From contig JAZDDZ010000008.1 of assembly GCA_043809245.1 (NCBI GenBank), forward strand, positions 21,278 through 85,277: DNA of 64,000 nt, in the 5' to 3' direction. This DNA is from Candidatus Iainarchaeum sp. GTDB lineage: Archaea; Iainarchaeota; Iainarchaeia; Iainarchaeales; JAZDDZ01. This document shows positions 1 through 9,058 of this stretch, one piece after another; the stretch's first letter is position 1; each line of letters begins with the position of its first letter. The notes under the pieces were generated by a model. It was not told where the DNA came from. It did no database searches and saw nothing but the letters and a program-made list of their open reading frames with translations. The translations under genes and the position numbers were made by a program.

Positions 1-1882
1 CGGGCTTCCTGTCCTGTTTCAATATGCTGTCAAGAACTATTGCCGGCCTGTCAAAGGCGCTTTCCGGTTCAAGGTAAACTGTTGCCAGGAGGTTTGCATC
101 AGGCGATAAGGTGAAGGGAAGCGTTGTCACCGGGTAAAACCCTTCTTTGCTTACAACAATGTATGGCTTTTTGTTCCATTTGATTGACTCTGAAACGAAA
201 CCGCTTGCAGGAGTGCCTTTCTGTGAAATGTTTTCATCGCTTCCGAAGTCAAAAAATTCAACTTTTGCCCCGGCAACAGGCCTGTTGTTCGCCTTTTCCA
301 AAACCCTTACGTTTAGCTTTGCTTCTTTCAGCACAAGCACGACTTCAAGGCCAACTGATGCCCCTAAAACAAGTGACTTGTGCTCTGATTCTCCCGCTTC
401 TCCGAACTCCTCAAGCTCTGCCTTTGCATAATATGTGCCTGAGGGAAGGTTTGCAAAGCTTTTCATTCCATTGCTGCCGGTTATTCCCTGCGCCACAAAA
501 AAAGAATAGCGGGTGTCATAAAGGCTTACTTTTGCGCCTTCCAAAAACTTGCCTTCAAAGCTTTTCACTGAAACATTTGCGCCGCTTGAATTGTTTGAAT
601 CAGGCGGCACGCTTGCCTTTGCCAAAATCACGTTGAATGCAGTGGAGTCCCCCGCGCCAATAAGCGGCACGTTTGGCACTGCCTTTAAAACAAAATCGGG
701 ATGGGACGCGGAAATGCTGTAGCTTTTGTTTTCATCAAGGTTCCTGAACTCCAGCATTCCCTTCAGGTCAGAGGAGCCTTCGCTTACAGGCGCGTCCCCT
801 TCAAAAAGGATTGCGTGTGCATCCACTATTGCTTGCCCGAGTTCATCGGAGAAAAACAGCCTGATTTTTTTTCCGGGAACAATGTTTTTTGAAAGCAAGA
901 TTTCTGCCCGCTCAGCCTGGTTTGCTGCAAGCATTATTGTTCCTGAGCTATCCGGGCCATATGCCGCGCTTTCATCGCTTGCCCTCGCGTAATATGTGCC
1001 TGGCGCCAAATCAAATTCCGCTGAACCGCTTTCATCCGTTGAATCAGCTGCCTTGGTTATGTTTTCCGAGGAATAAATTGAAACCCTTATGTCAGGCAAG
1101 GCACCCATTGCCTCAGAGTCTTTTACTGTTACGATTATTTTTCCCTTTTCAACTTTTTTCTTTGTAAGGCAAACGCTTTGCCTTTCACTTAACAATGAAC
1201 GGTCACTCCCATCATAGCCAGATGAACTGACAAATGCCTTCAGCACACCGCAGTCTTCGGGTGGAAGAACCTCTATTTTTCCATTGGCTGTTGTAATGCT
1301 GCTTGGCGCCTTTCCTTTTCCACTGCATGAAAAGCTCACGTTAACTGTTCCCTTCAGCAATCCGCTGCAGTTTGATTCCGAGTCATAAATTTCCAAAAGC
1401 GTTTTTGCCTGCAGTGCAGCTGTTTCAGGATCAAGGGTTATATTGTTCACGCCTTTTGCCTGCGCCTGAAAATATTCCTTGTAATGCTTGAATCCGTCTT
1501 CCGAAATGTCCACAAAAATGTTCAGGTCCCTTGCGTTTACCGTGAATTCACCTAAACTATTTGTTGTTTTTTCAACTGTTTTCTGGTCAAAGCCAAGAGT
1601 TACATCAACACCAGCCAAAGGGTTTGAGTCACTGCCCAAAACCTTAAACCTTAAAGCAGTTTCCCCGCCACCGAGAAGCCAGGGCAGGCCAAATAAAAGC
1701 AATAGGATAATAACGACTACCAGCAGGCAGGCAAGGGGAAAAGACGGAACTGCCTCGTCAACCGGGTCAACGACCTTGTATACCGGCAGGCGCTCATTCA
1801 CCTTGTCAAGAAAAGCGTAATACTTGTCCTCAAAGAAATAATAAACGCCTTTCAGCCCTTCGGTTACCTGGCTTAAATCCAT
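1..1882 (-). CDS. Large membrane-anchored surface protein with carboxypeptidase-regulatory-like/beta-sandwich repeats (3'-truncated by window edge)
   Basis: Not in ORF track because it has no stop in the window. Read manually from ATG at 1882: MDLSQVTEGLKGVYYFFEDKYYAFLDKVNERLPVYKVVDPVDEAVPSFPLACLLVVVIILLLLFGLPWLLGGGETALRFKVLGSDSNPLAGVDVTL... One N-terminal TM helix, then beta-rich sequence. Same frame spot-checked as open near position 1. Confidence 0.7.
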   Translation of the reverse strand, partial: MDLSQVTEGLKGVYYFFEDKYYAFLDKVNERLPVYKVVDPVDEAVPSFPLACLLVVVIILLLLFGLPWLLGGGETALRFKVLGSDSNPLAGVDVTLGFDQKTVEKTTNSLGEFTVNARDLNIFVDISEDGFKHYKEYFQAQAKGVNNITLDPETAALQAKTLLEIYDSESNCSGLLKGTVNVSFSCSGKGKAPSSITTANGKIEVLPPEDCGVLKAFVSSSGYDGSDRSLLSERQSVCLTKKKVEKGKIIVTVKDSEAMGALPDIRVSIYSSENITKAADSTDESGSAEFDLAPGTYYARASDESAAYGPDSSGTIMLAANQAERAEILLSKNIVPGKKIRLFFSDELGQAIVDAHAILFEGDAPVSEGSSDLKGMLEFRNLDENKSYSISASHPDFVLKAVPNVPLIGAGDSTAFNVILAKASVPPDSNNSSGANVSVKSFEGKFLEGAKVSLYDTRYSFFVAQGITGSNGMKSFANLPSGTYYAKAELEEFGEAGESEHKSLVLGASVGLEVVLVLKEAKLNVRVLEKANNRPVAGAKVEFFDFGSDENISQKGTPASGFVSESIKWNKKPYIVVSKEGFYPVTTLPFTLSPDANLLATVYLEPESAFDRPAIVLDSILKQDRKP

Positions 1883-1948
1883 TAGAATCTCTAATTATAA
1901 GGAATATTTGATTAATAAATGTTTTCCCGCAAGTTTTTTGGCGGAAAT

Positions 1949-3199
1949 TCATGTCCCCTCATCCCAAGAGGAAAGGTATTTTTTCTGCTCCTGCGTCAGC
2001 TCGTCCTTTCGCCAGCCCAATGCATTCAACTGCAGCTGCGCTATTTCACTGTCAACCCTTTCAGGCAGCACATGCACTCCCGCCTGCAATTTGTTTTTCA
2101 CGCCGAATTCAACTGCAAGCGCCTGCCCGCAAAAACTCAGGGACATGACTTCGCTTGGATGCCCTTCCGCAGCCGCAAGGTTAACCAATCTTCCTTCGCC
2201 GCACAAGTAAACCTTTCTCCCGTTAGGCAAAACGTATTCGTCCAGCTGCCATCTCACGCGCCTCTTTGACTTCGCTTTTTCCTCCAATGCCTTGACATCA
2301 ATTTCAACATCAAAGTGCCCTGAATTCGCGAGAATTGCACCGCTTTTCATCTGCTGGATGTGCTCAAAGCGAATAACATGCTTGTCTCCTGTAACAGTTG
2401 AAAAAATGTCGCCTATCTTTGCCGCTTCCGCCATTGGCATCAGGCGATGGCCATCCATTTGCGCCTGCAGTGCCTTAAGCGGTTCCACTTCGCAGACAAT
2501 TACGTTTGCACCCATTCCCTTTGCCCTTTGCGCAACGCCTTTTCCGCACGAGCCATAGCCGCATACAACAAAGTTTTTTCCCGCAATCAGGACATTTGTC
2601 GCCCTTAGAATTCCGTCAATTGTGCTCTGGCCTGTTCCATAATAATTGTCAAACAAGTGCTTGGTTTTGTTGTCGTTCACTGCAATGACAGGATACTTTA
2701 ACGCTTTGTCTTTTTCCATTGCCCTGAGCCTAATGACGCCAGTAGTTGTTTCCTCTGTTCCTACAATCAATTCCTTTAACAGCTCGGTTCGCTTTGTGTG
2801 AATCTCCATGATAAGGTCTGCGCCGTCGTCAATTGTTGCATTGGGCTTGAAATCCAAAACCTTGTTCAAATACTCGTAATACTCTTCGCGTGTTTCGCCT
2901 TTTTTCGCGTAAACCTTTACGCCTTCCTTTGCAAGCGCAGCAGCAACATCGTCCTGCGTGCTCAATGGATTGCAGCCAGTGATTGCCACCTTTGCGCCGC
3001 CTGCCTCAAGCGTTCTAACCAAGTTAGCGGTTTCTTTTGTCACATGCAAAGCCATTCCAATGCGCAGGCCTTTCAATGGCTTTTCTTTTTCAAAGCGCTT
3101 TTTGACTTCCATCAATGCGCCCATCTGGCCTTCCGCGTACTCCAAGTTCATTGCGCCTTTTTCCGCCAAAGAAATGTCCTTCACCTTGAATTCAGCCAC
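1949..3199 (-). CDS. ahcY: Adenosylhomocysteinase
   Basis: Motifs [52 protein letters not shown]; GGAGGT RBS upstream of GTG. Confidence 0.97.
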   Translation of the reverse strand: MAEFKVKDISLAEKGAMNLEYAEGQMGALMEVKKRFEKEKPLKGLRIGMALHVTKETANLVRTLEAGGAKVAITGCNPLSTQDDVAAALAKEGVKVYAKKGETREEYYEYLNKVLDFKPNATIDDGADLIMEIHTKRTELLKELIVGTEETTTGVIRLRAMEKDKALKYPVIAVNDNKTKHLFDNYYGTGQSTIDGILRATNVLIAGKNFVVCGYGSCGKGVAQRAKGMGANVIVCEVEPLKALQAQMDGHRLMPMAEAAKIGDIFSTVTGDKHVIRFEHIQQMKSGAILANSGHFDVEIDVKALEEKAKSKRRVRWQLDEYVLPNGRKVYLCGEGRLVNLAAAEGHPSEVMSLSFCGQALAVEFGVKNKLQAGVHVLPERVDSEIAQLQLNALGWRKDELTQEQKKYLSSWDEGT

Positions 3200-3298
3200 A
3201 ATAATACCTCCGAATTAGCAATAACAATTTGGAAAAGAAAGGGTTTTTAATGGATTACCGCAAAATACCGCACAAAAAGTAATAAATATTGTTTTTAG

Positions 3299-3637
3299 AT
3301 GTCTTTATGTATGAGAGTTTGGGTAATTCTGAATCTTATCTTCAGCGTATGGATTTTTTCAATTGGACTTGATTTGTTTTATGCTACTGCTGGGAACGCT
3401 TTGGCAGCAGTATATGTTGTCGTTGGAATCATAATATTCGGAGCTACAACTGCTTTAATAAAGAAAAACAATTGGCCTGCTTATTTAACAACAGGGGGAT
3501 TTATTGCTATGGTGCTACTTTCGGCATATAGCGGGAACGCGTTTTTGGAAACTGCCTCAGCCATAATGGCAATTTACAATTTTACTCTTCTCGACTGGGT
3601 AGCTAAAAAAATTAAGCGAGAAAATTTATCCATTTAA
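3299..3637 (+). CDS. Hypothetical 4-TM membrane protein
   Basis: Hydrophobic ORF, AT-rich, convergent with lplA. Confidence 0.6.
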   Translation: MSLCMRVWVILNLIFSVWIFSIGLDLFYATAGNALAAVYVVVGIIIFGATTALIKKNNWPAYLTTGGFIAMVLLSAYSGNAFLETASAIMAIYNFTLLDWVAKKIKRENLSI

Positions 3638-3658
3638 CAGGAACTCGTATTCGGTTTA

Positions 3659-4414
3659 TTACCTTTTAAAATTCCACTCCCTCTGCGAAAACCTCTCCCG
3701 CGCGATTTTTTCCGCCAAAGCGCTTTCTTCAGCAGTTAATGCGCCTTCAACCAATTCAACCGCAAAATTTTCCTCAAATCCCTTGCGCATAGCTGCGGCA
3801 ACCTTCTCAAAACCAACATCTGCACCCGCTTCTTTCTCAACTGATGTCACCCTTTGCTTCACATCCTCAATCATTTTTCCCTTCAGTTTTTCATTTGGCA
3901 CCTTGAGCAATGAAAACATTTTCTCCACGTCCACTTTCAGAATAATCGTTCCATGCTGCAAAACCTTTCCTTCGCGCCTTGTCTGCGCGTTGCCTGAAAT
4001 CTTTTTTCCGTTGCAGATAATGTCGTTTAAGGGCGCGAAAGAGGCAGTCAAGCCAAGTTCCTTAAAGCCCAAAATCAGGGAATCGCATATCTTCCGATAA
4101 GAGTCCAGAATATTCCCTGGCACAACCCCACTTTTTTCCGAGCAAACAAAACTGTAGGTCAGTTCAGAGTCATGGAACACCGCGCCGCCCCCAGTAATTC
4201 TTCTGACAAAATCAACACCAAGCTCTTTGCATTTCTGCAAATCCACTTCTTCTTCAAGCGACTGGAAATAACCGATTGAAATCGCGCTTGGTTTCCAGCC
4301 ATAAAACCTAACAACAGCGCCGTCGCCTGCATGCAGGCGCATTACCGCTTCATCAATTGACATGTTTTTTGCCGCGGAATTAAAGCCAGTGGAAAGGAAC
4401 CGCCATTCAGCCAT
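3659..4414 (-). CDS. lplA: Lipoate-protein ligase A, catalytic subunit
   Basis: RRITGGGAVFHD, KKISGNAQ, LQHGTI motifs; start set at MAEWRF. Confidence 0.92.
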   Translation of the reverse strand: MAEWRFLSTGFNSAAKNMSIDEAVMRLHAGDGAVVRFYGWKPSAISIGYFQSLEEEVDLQKCKELGVDFVRRITGGGAVFHDSELTYSFVCSEKSGVVPGNILDSYRKICDSLILGFKELGLTASFAPLNDIICNGKKISGNAQTRREGKVLQHGTIILKVDVEKMFSLLKVPNEKLKGKMIEDVKQRVTSVEKEAGADVGFEKVAAAMRKGFEENFAVELVEGALTAEESALAEKIARERFSQREWNFKR

Positions 4415-4706
4415 TTTTTTCAGCCCCTGAATTTTTTGCCAAAAAAATCGCCTGCACAAGTGAAGCGGAGTCAAAGCCGAACAACTGCAGCGAGTTTTCC
4501 TTCACCGCAGAATCAATCGCTTCCAGCAGAATTTTTTCCTCCAATCCTTTTTCAGCCAGCGCTTTTTCAATCAGCTCAATCCCGTTTTCCGGGTGCAGGA
4601 AAAAGTCGCCGGTTATTTTCACGGAGGAAATTTTTCCATCATCTGACTGCAACGCTATTTTCAGCAGCTTTCCATTGGGCACCTTGAGAATGGATTTATG
4701 ATTCAC
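4407..4706 (-). CDS. Lipoate-protein ligase C-terminal/accessory subunit (LplB-like)
   Basis: KVPNGKLLK...VKITGDFFLHPE..IE.IEKAL; adjacent to lplA; GTGA overlap with upstream stop. Confidence 0.85.
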   Translation of the reverse strand: MNHKSILKVPNGKLLKIALQSDDGKISSVKITGDFFLHPENGIELIEKALAEKGLEEKILLEAIDSAVKENSLQLFGFDSASLVQAIFLAKNSGAEKNG

Positions 4707-6034
4707 TTTTTCACTTCCCATCGCCCGCCTTTATCTGGCCCAATGCGTTTGAGAATGCCTTTATCTTTGAGCTGCTTTAGATTCCATTCAATTCCTCTTC
4801 TGCTCAATTTTGTTTTTTTCGCAAGCTCTTTTTGTGTTATGGCGGGGTTTTTCCTTATCATGATAATGATTTTCTCCACAGTTTTCTCCACAGTTTTCTC
4901 CACAGTTTTCTCCACAGTTTTCACTTCTTCTATTTTGGGCCTTGCGAATGTTACCGCAAAGAATGTTGTAAATTCAAATTTTGGTTCCGGAAGACCCGCT
5001 TCCCGCATCGCCTTTCGCATTCTTCCAATTCCTGAACCAACGTGTTCGACCAGTTCCATTTGCTGCAATAAGCTGAACAAAAGAGGGTTTCTTGACAGGC
5101 TTCTTTTGCCAAAATCGCTTTCTTTGATGATCAATCCGCCTGGATTTGAAATTTCCACCCTGTTGTCAAATACGTCTATTTGCGTGACTGCGCCTCTCTC
5201 CCCGTAATCCCTGTGGCAGATGGCATTGATGATTGCTTCCTTTAGCGCTTCTTCGGGAATCTCCAGCATTTCCTGTCGCGGGCCAAAGCCTTTGATTTCG
5301 TAACGGAGCTTTAGGTTTCGGTAAAGAAAGTTGAATGCTTCATTGTAATTGGAAATTACGTCACTCTTGAAATCCTTTTTGTCTATAATGGCGGGTTTAT
5401 CATTGCCCTTGTAAAGTACGCAAGTTATGATTCCTTGAGAAATAAATCTTGAAGGGGTTTTTCCAAAAAAGAGGATTGCTGCGTTTTTGAATTTTCCTTT
5501 TTGGTTAGTGAGCCCAAGATTGTAAATCAAATCTTTTTTTGGAATGGTTTTGGATATTTTGGCTTTTTTGAGGAAATCGGTGAATTTTTTTGCCGAAAAA
5601 TCTTTCATGGAGAAATCACGGTTAACCATTTCTTCAAACAGGAGTTTGCCGTGCTTGTTGAAAAGTTCCCGTATCTCATCTACTTCAAGTTTTTGGGAGG
5701 TTGGGCCAATGCGCAAATAGAAGCCCTGTGAGCAGCGATGAGGTTTTCTGTCACTTTCTGCCACAGTAACAGTCAGAACGTTCTCGAGTTCTGAGATGCC
5801 TATCTGAATTGGCGGGTCGCAGTTTCTTGCAATGCTTTGCAATTCTGCTTTCAGCCTGTTGTTAATTTCAATTCCCTTGATTTTGTTGTTGTCACTGATT
5901 CCGACAAGAATGTGGCCGCCTTCAGCGTTTGCAAAAGCAACAATATCCTTTTCAATTCCATTCAGGTTTTCCTTGAATTCAGCGCGATAGTCTTCCCCTT
6001 TGGCCAAAATAAAATCAAATGTTTTCCTGTCCAT
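4703..6034 (-). CDS. AlbA_2 (Schlafen) + HATPase_c_4 + C-terminal HTH protein
   Basis: GE...AEFKE, IVAFANAEGGHILVGISD, EAIINAICHRDY, ISNPGG, RNPLL, GSGI, C-terminal HTH ending RIGPDKGGRWEV. Confidence 0.9.
   Translation of the reverse strand: MDRKTFDFILAKGEDYRAEFKENLNGIEKDIVAFANAEGGHILVGISDNNKIKGIEINNRLKAELQSIARNCDPPIQIGISELENVLTVTVAESDRKPHRCSQGFYLRIGPTSQKLEVDEIRELFNKHGKLLFEEMVNRDFSMKDFSAKKFTDFLKKAKISKTIPKKDLIYNLGLTNQKGKFKNAAILFFGKTPSRFISQGIITCVLYKGNDKPAIIDKKDFKSDVISNYNEAFNFLYRNLKLRYEIKGFGPRQEMLEIPEEALKEAIINAICHRDYGERGAVTQIDVFDNRVEISNPGGLIIKESDFGKRSLSRNPLLFSLLQQMELVEHVGSGIGRMRKAMREAGLPEPKFEFTTFFAVTFARPKIEEVKTVEKTVEKTVEKTVEKIIIMIRKNPAITQKELAKKTKLSRRGIEWNLKQLKDKGILKRIGPDKGGRWEVKK
4870..4922. 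repeat. 12-bp tandem repeat TTTTCTCCACAG x4.4 encoding (TVEK)n linker
   Basis: Seen directly; lies in the linker before the HTH. Confidence 0.95.
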
Positions 6035-6120
6035 CAAATCATCCTTTTACCAGCATTTGGCTCAAACGATATTTTCAGCAGCTTTCCTTCCGGTACCTTG
6101 AAAACGGATTTTCCTAGCAT
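6034..6120 (-). pseudogene. 28-aa N-terminal remnant of an lplB-like gene
   Basis: MLGKSVFKVPEGKLLKISFEPNAGKRMI*; 40/47 nt identical (6065-6111 vs 4651-4697) to the lplB 5' end. Confidence 0.75.
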
Positions 6121-6225
6121 TTTAGGCACAAATAAGTGGGTTAGGCAAATTCCTTATAAAAACAATGCCTATTTATTAACCCTAAGCGAAAGATTGTTAA
6201 GGAAAAATTTTTGAGGTGGAATTGA

Positions 6226-8271
6226 ATGAATTTTAACGGTCAGAATTCTGCAGTGATTGTAGTTGTTTTGGTAGTGGTTTTCGCTGCATTTATGGTGAGC
6301 CTTGATTTTATTGGAAGAAACCCAGACAATGGAGGCACGCCGGGTGAAAATGGAACCGGAATAAATCTTTTCGGAACGCAGGAAACCCCTAAATTTTCAT
6401 CGTGCAGCGCGATAACCGCTTCATTCAAGGAATACCAGGAAAAAAGCCAGCGCGCCTACGGCGGCCTTGACTTTTTTTCGCTTGGAATGGGGCTGAAATC
6501 AATGACCACGCAAAACGCTATTGCGCCGATGGCTTCAGAAGGCGTTGCTGGTTCTTCTTCTCCGCGTTATTCGGAGACAAACATTCAGGTTGCAGGGGTT
6601 GATGAAGCAGACATAGTTAAGACAGACGGAAAATACATTTACGCAATTTCCGGCAGCAAACTATTCATTGTTGAAGCCTATCCCGCGGAAAACGCTGAAA
6701 TTGTTTCAACAATCAGCCTGAGCACAAATTCTTATGCAGTGAATGAAATGTTCATCAACGATAATTCGCTCCTTGTGATTGGGCAGGGACGCGGAACCTA
6801 TGCAATGCCGATGGAGAAAGGCATTGCTGTGCCGGGAATAATTGCACAGGAATATTACCCTTACCCTTATTCCTTTGACACAACGCTTGTGCAGTTGTAT
6901 GACATCAGCGACAGGGAAAACCCAAAGCTTGAAAGGGAAGTGGAATTCGAGGGACGCTATGTTTCTTCAAGGAAAATCGGCTCTGATGCTTATTTTGTAA
7001 TGAGCTCTTACCCCCAATACAGGGTTTTGGAGGAAAATGTTTCGGAAAACGAAATCATTCCCAAGTACAGGGAAAACGCAGATGAAAACTTTGTTCCTGT
7101 CGGTGGCTGCGGAGACATTGGCTATCTTGAGCCCATTGCAGCCGAAAGCTTTGTGACAGTCGCATCAATTTCAATGAGTGATTACAGCAAGGAGATAACA
7201 AAGGAAACCGCTGTTGGCTCTGCGCAGAATGTTTTTGCCTCAAGCGAAAACCTTTATTTGGCGCAGTCAAGCTGGAATTACGAGGAGCCCATACCTCTTC
7301 CCTTGATTGGAAGCATTGTGCCGCAAAGTTCTGGCGAAAGCACAAAAGTTCACAAGTTTTCATTGGAAAATGGAAACATAAAATACCTCGGCTCAATGGA
7401 TGCGCCGGGGCACATATTAAACCAGTTTTCAATGGATGAATTCGAAGGCTACTTCCGCATTGCGACTACAAGGGGCAATGTTTCAAGGCAAGGCGGAGGC
7501 ACCTCAAACAACATTTACTTGTTTGACAAGAACCTGAAACGCGTTGGAGTGCTGGAAGACTTGGCGCCGGGGGAAAAGATTTACTCCGCGCGCTTCATGG
7601 GAAACAAGGCGTATCTTGTTACCTTCAAAAAAGTTGACCCTCTTTTCGTGATTGACTTAAGCGAACCCTCAAACCCTAAAGTGCTTGGAAAGCTGAAAAT
7701 TCCGGGCTACTCCGACTACTTGCACCCAATTGACGAAACGCATATCCTTGGCCTTGGAAAGGACACGATTGAGGCAGAGGAAGGCGACTTTGCATGGTAT
7801 CAGGGAATAAAGCTGGCTGTGTTTGACGTATCTGATGTGGAGCACCCAAAGGAAATGTTCAAGGAAGTCATCGGCGTGAGGGGAACAGACTCTTATGCTT
7901 TGAGGGACCACAAGGCCTTCCTTTTCGACAAGGAAAAAGAATTATTGGTGTTGCCAATCCTGCTTGCAGAGGATACAGGCTCAAGCGAATCGCCAAGGTA
8001 CAGCGGAATGCCAAGCTACGGCGACTACACTTTCCAGGGCGCATACGTGTACCATCTCTCGCTTGAAGACGGATTTGAGTTGCAGGGAAGGATTTCACAC
8101 ATTGACGACGAGCAGGTGTACAAAAAGTCGGGCTATTACTTCGGCGGAGACGAATATTCAGTTAAGCGCTCGCTTTTCATCGGCGAAACATTGTACACTT
8201 TTTCCGATGCAATGCTGAAGGCAAACGATTTAAGCGATTTGAGCGAAATTAAAGAGGTCCTGCTGAAATAG
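6226..8271 (+). CDS. Secreted/membrane-anchored beta-propeller domain protein (Beta_propel family)
   Basis: N-terminal TM; YSETNIQVAGVDEADIVKTDG, LNQFSMDE, GEKIYSARF, TFKKVDPLFVIDL, LKIPGYSDYLHP. Confidence 0.9.
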   Translation: MNFNGQNSAVIVVVLVVVFAAFMVSLDFIGRNPDNGGTPGENGTGINLFGTQETPKFSSCSAITASFKEYQEKSQRAYGGLDFFSLGMGLKSMTTQNAIAPMASEGVAGSSSPRYSETNIQVAGVDEADIVKTDGKYIYAISGSKLFIVEAYPAENAEIVSTISLSTNSYAVNEMFINDNSLLVIGQGRGTYAMPMEKGIAVPGIIAQEYYPYPYSFDTTLVQLYDISDRENPKLEREVEFEGRYVSSRKIGSDAYFVMSSYPQYRVLEENVSENEIIPKYRENADENFVPVGGCGDIGYLEPIAAESFVTVASISMSDYSKEITKETAVGSAQNVFASSENLYLAQSSWNYEEPIPLPLIGSIVPQSSGESTKVHKFSLENGNIKYLGSMDAPGHILNQFSMDEFEGYFRIATTRGNVSRQGGGTSNNIYLFDKNLKRVGVLEDLAPGEKIYSARFMGNKAYLVTFKKVDPLFVIDLSEPSNPKVLGKLKIPGYSDYLHPIDETHILGLGKDTIEAEEGDFAWYQGIKLAVFDVSDVEHPKEMFKEVIGVRGTDSYALRDHKAFLFDKEKELLVLPILLAEDTGSSESPRYSGMPSYGDYTFQGAYVYHLSLEDGFELQGRISHIDDEQVYKKSGYYFGGDEYSVKRSLFIGETLYTFSDAMLKANDLSDLSEIKEVLLK

Positions 8272-8284
8272 CGCAGGCCTCTTC

Positions 8285-9007
8285 TCACCCCTTTTTTATT
8301 GCAGTAATAATGTGGGGCCAGAAAAAATTGATAAAGTTATCCAAGGTTTTTATTTCGCGAATTTTTTGCGCTCTAGCCTCTCGCAATTCTGTATCACGCA
8401 TTGCTAAAGCCTCTTTTAGAAGATCTTCTTTTACGGCCCTCAAATATGCTTGTTGGGATTCCGCGCTGCGAAGATGGCCTGTCGGACTGCGCCAGCTATT
8501 AATTTCAGATATTACTGCGCTTATCTCCCCCCCTAATCCATGATTTAAACTATGCAATTCCATTTTATTTAGAGGTCTTGCTCGCACATCAAACCCTGCT
8601 TTGCGAAGTTTTTTTTCCAGAACCTGTATCTCCGGTGTCGTTTGTAGCCACGAAAATTCTCCATTTGGTATAAGCACCCTTTTTATTTGATTAATTGCAC
8701 TGTGGATTTTTTCAGATGACAAATCATAGAGAAAAAATTCCGCACTAAATTTTCTGACGCTATTTTCTTTCATGCGAGGTAAACAATCAAGCACGTCAGC
8801 CGTTGCAAGTCTTAGGTTCTTTGCCCTCTGCGAGGGATTCATCCTTGCAGCATCCAAAGCAAGAAAATTTCCTTGCTTCATTAAAGCTTTATGCGTTAAC
8901 CTTTTCGGGTCAGGGCCTGAACCCAATTCAATTTCATCCCAAACAATTTGCTGTTTTGGCGATTCTGGTTTAAATGGCTTTCTGAAATGCATACATGAAG
9001 CAATCAA
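8285..9007 (-). CDS. Divergent class I SAM-methyltransferase-like ORFan
   Basis: ELGSG motif I, FLALD, ADVLD.LP, IKRVLIPNGEF; start may be MHFRK (8992). Confidence 0.6.
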   Translation of the reverse strand: MIASCMHFRKPFKPESPKQQIVWDEIELGSGPDPKRLTHKALMKQGNFLALDAARMNPSQRAKNLRLATADVLDCLPRMKENSVRKFSAEFFLYDLSSEKIHSAINQIKRVLIPNGEFSWLQTTPEIQVLEKKLRKAGFDVRARPLNKMELHSLNHGLGGEISAVISEINSWRSPTGHLRSAESQQAYLRAVKEDLLKEALAMRDTELREARAQKIREIKTLDNFINFFWPHIITAIKKG

Positions 9008-9058
9008 ACCAAATTCTTTTATATTCTTTCACCCCCATCTCTAATTGGAGGCGAGGTT

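Noticed and set aside
147-1820. Several + strand ORFs of 63-150 aa
   Set aside because: Antisense shadows of the long minus-strand gene starting at 1882.
4703-6034. RecG helicase label
   Set aside because: No helicase Walker/DExH motifs; the architecture is AlbA_2-HATPase_c_4-HTH.
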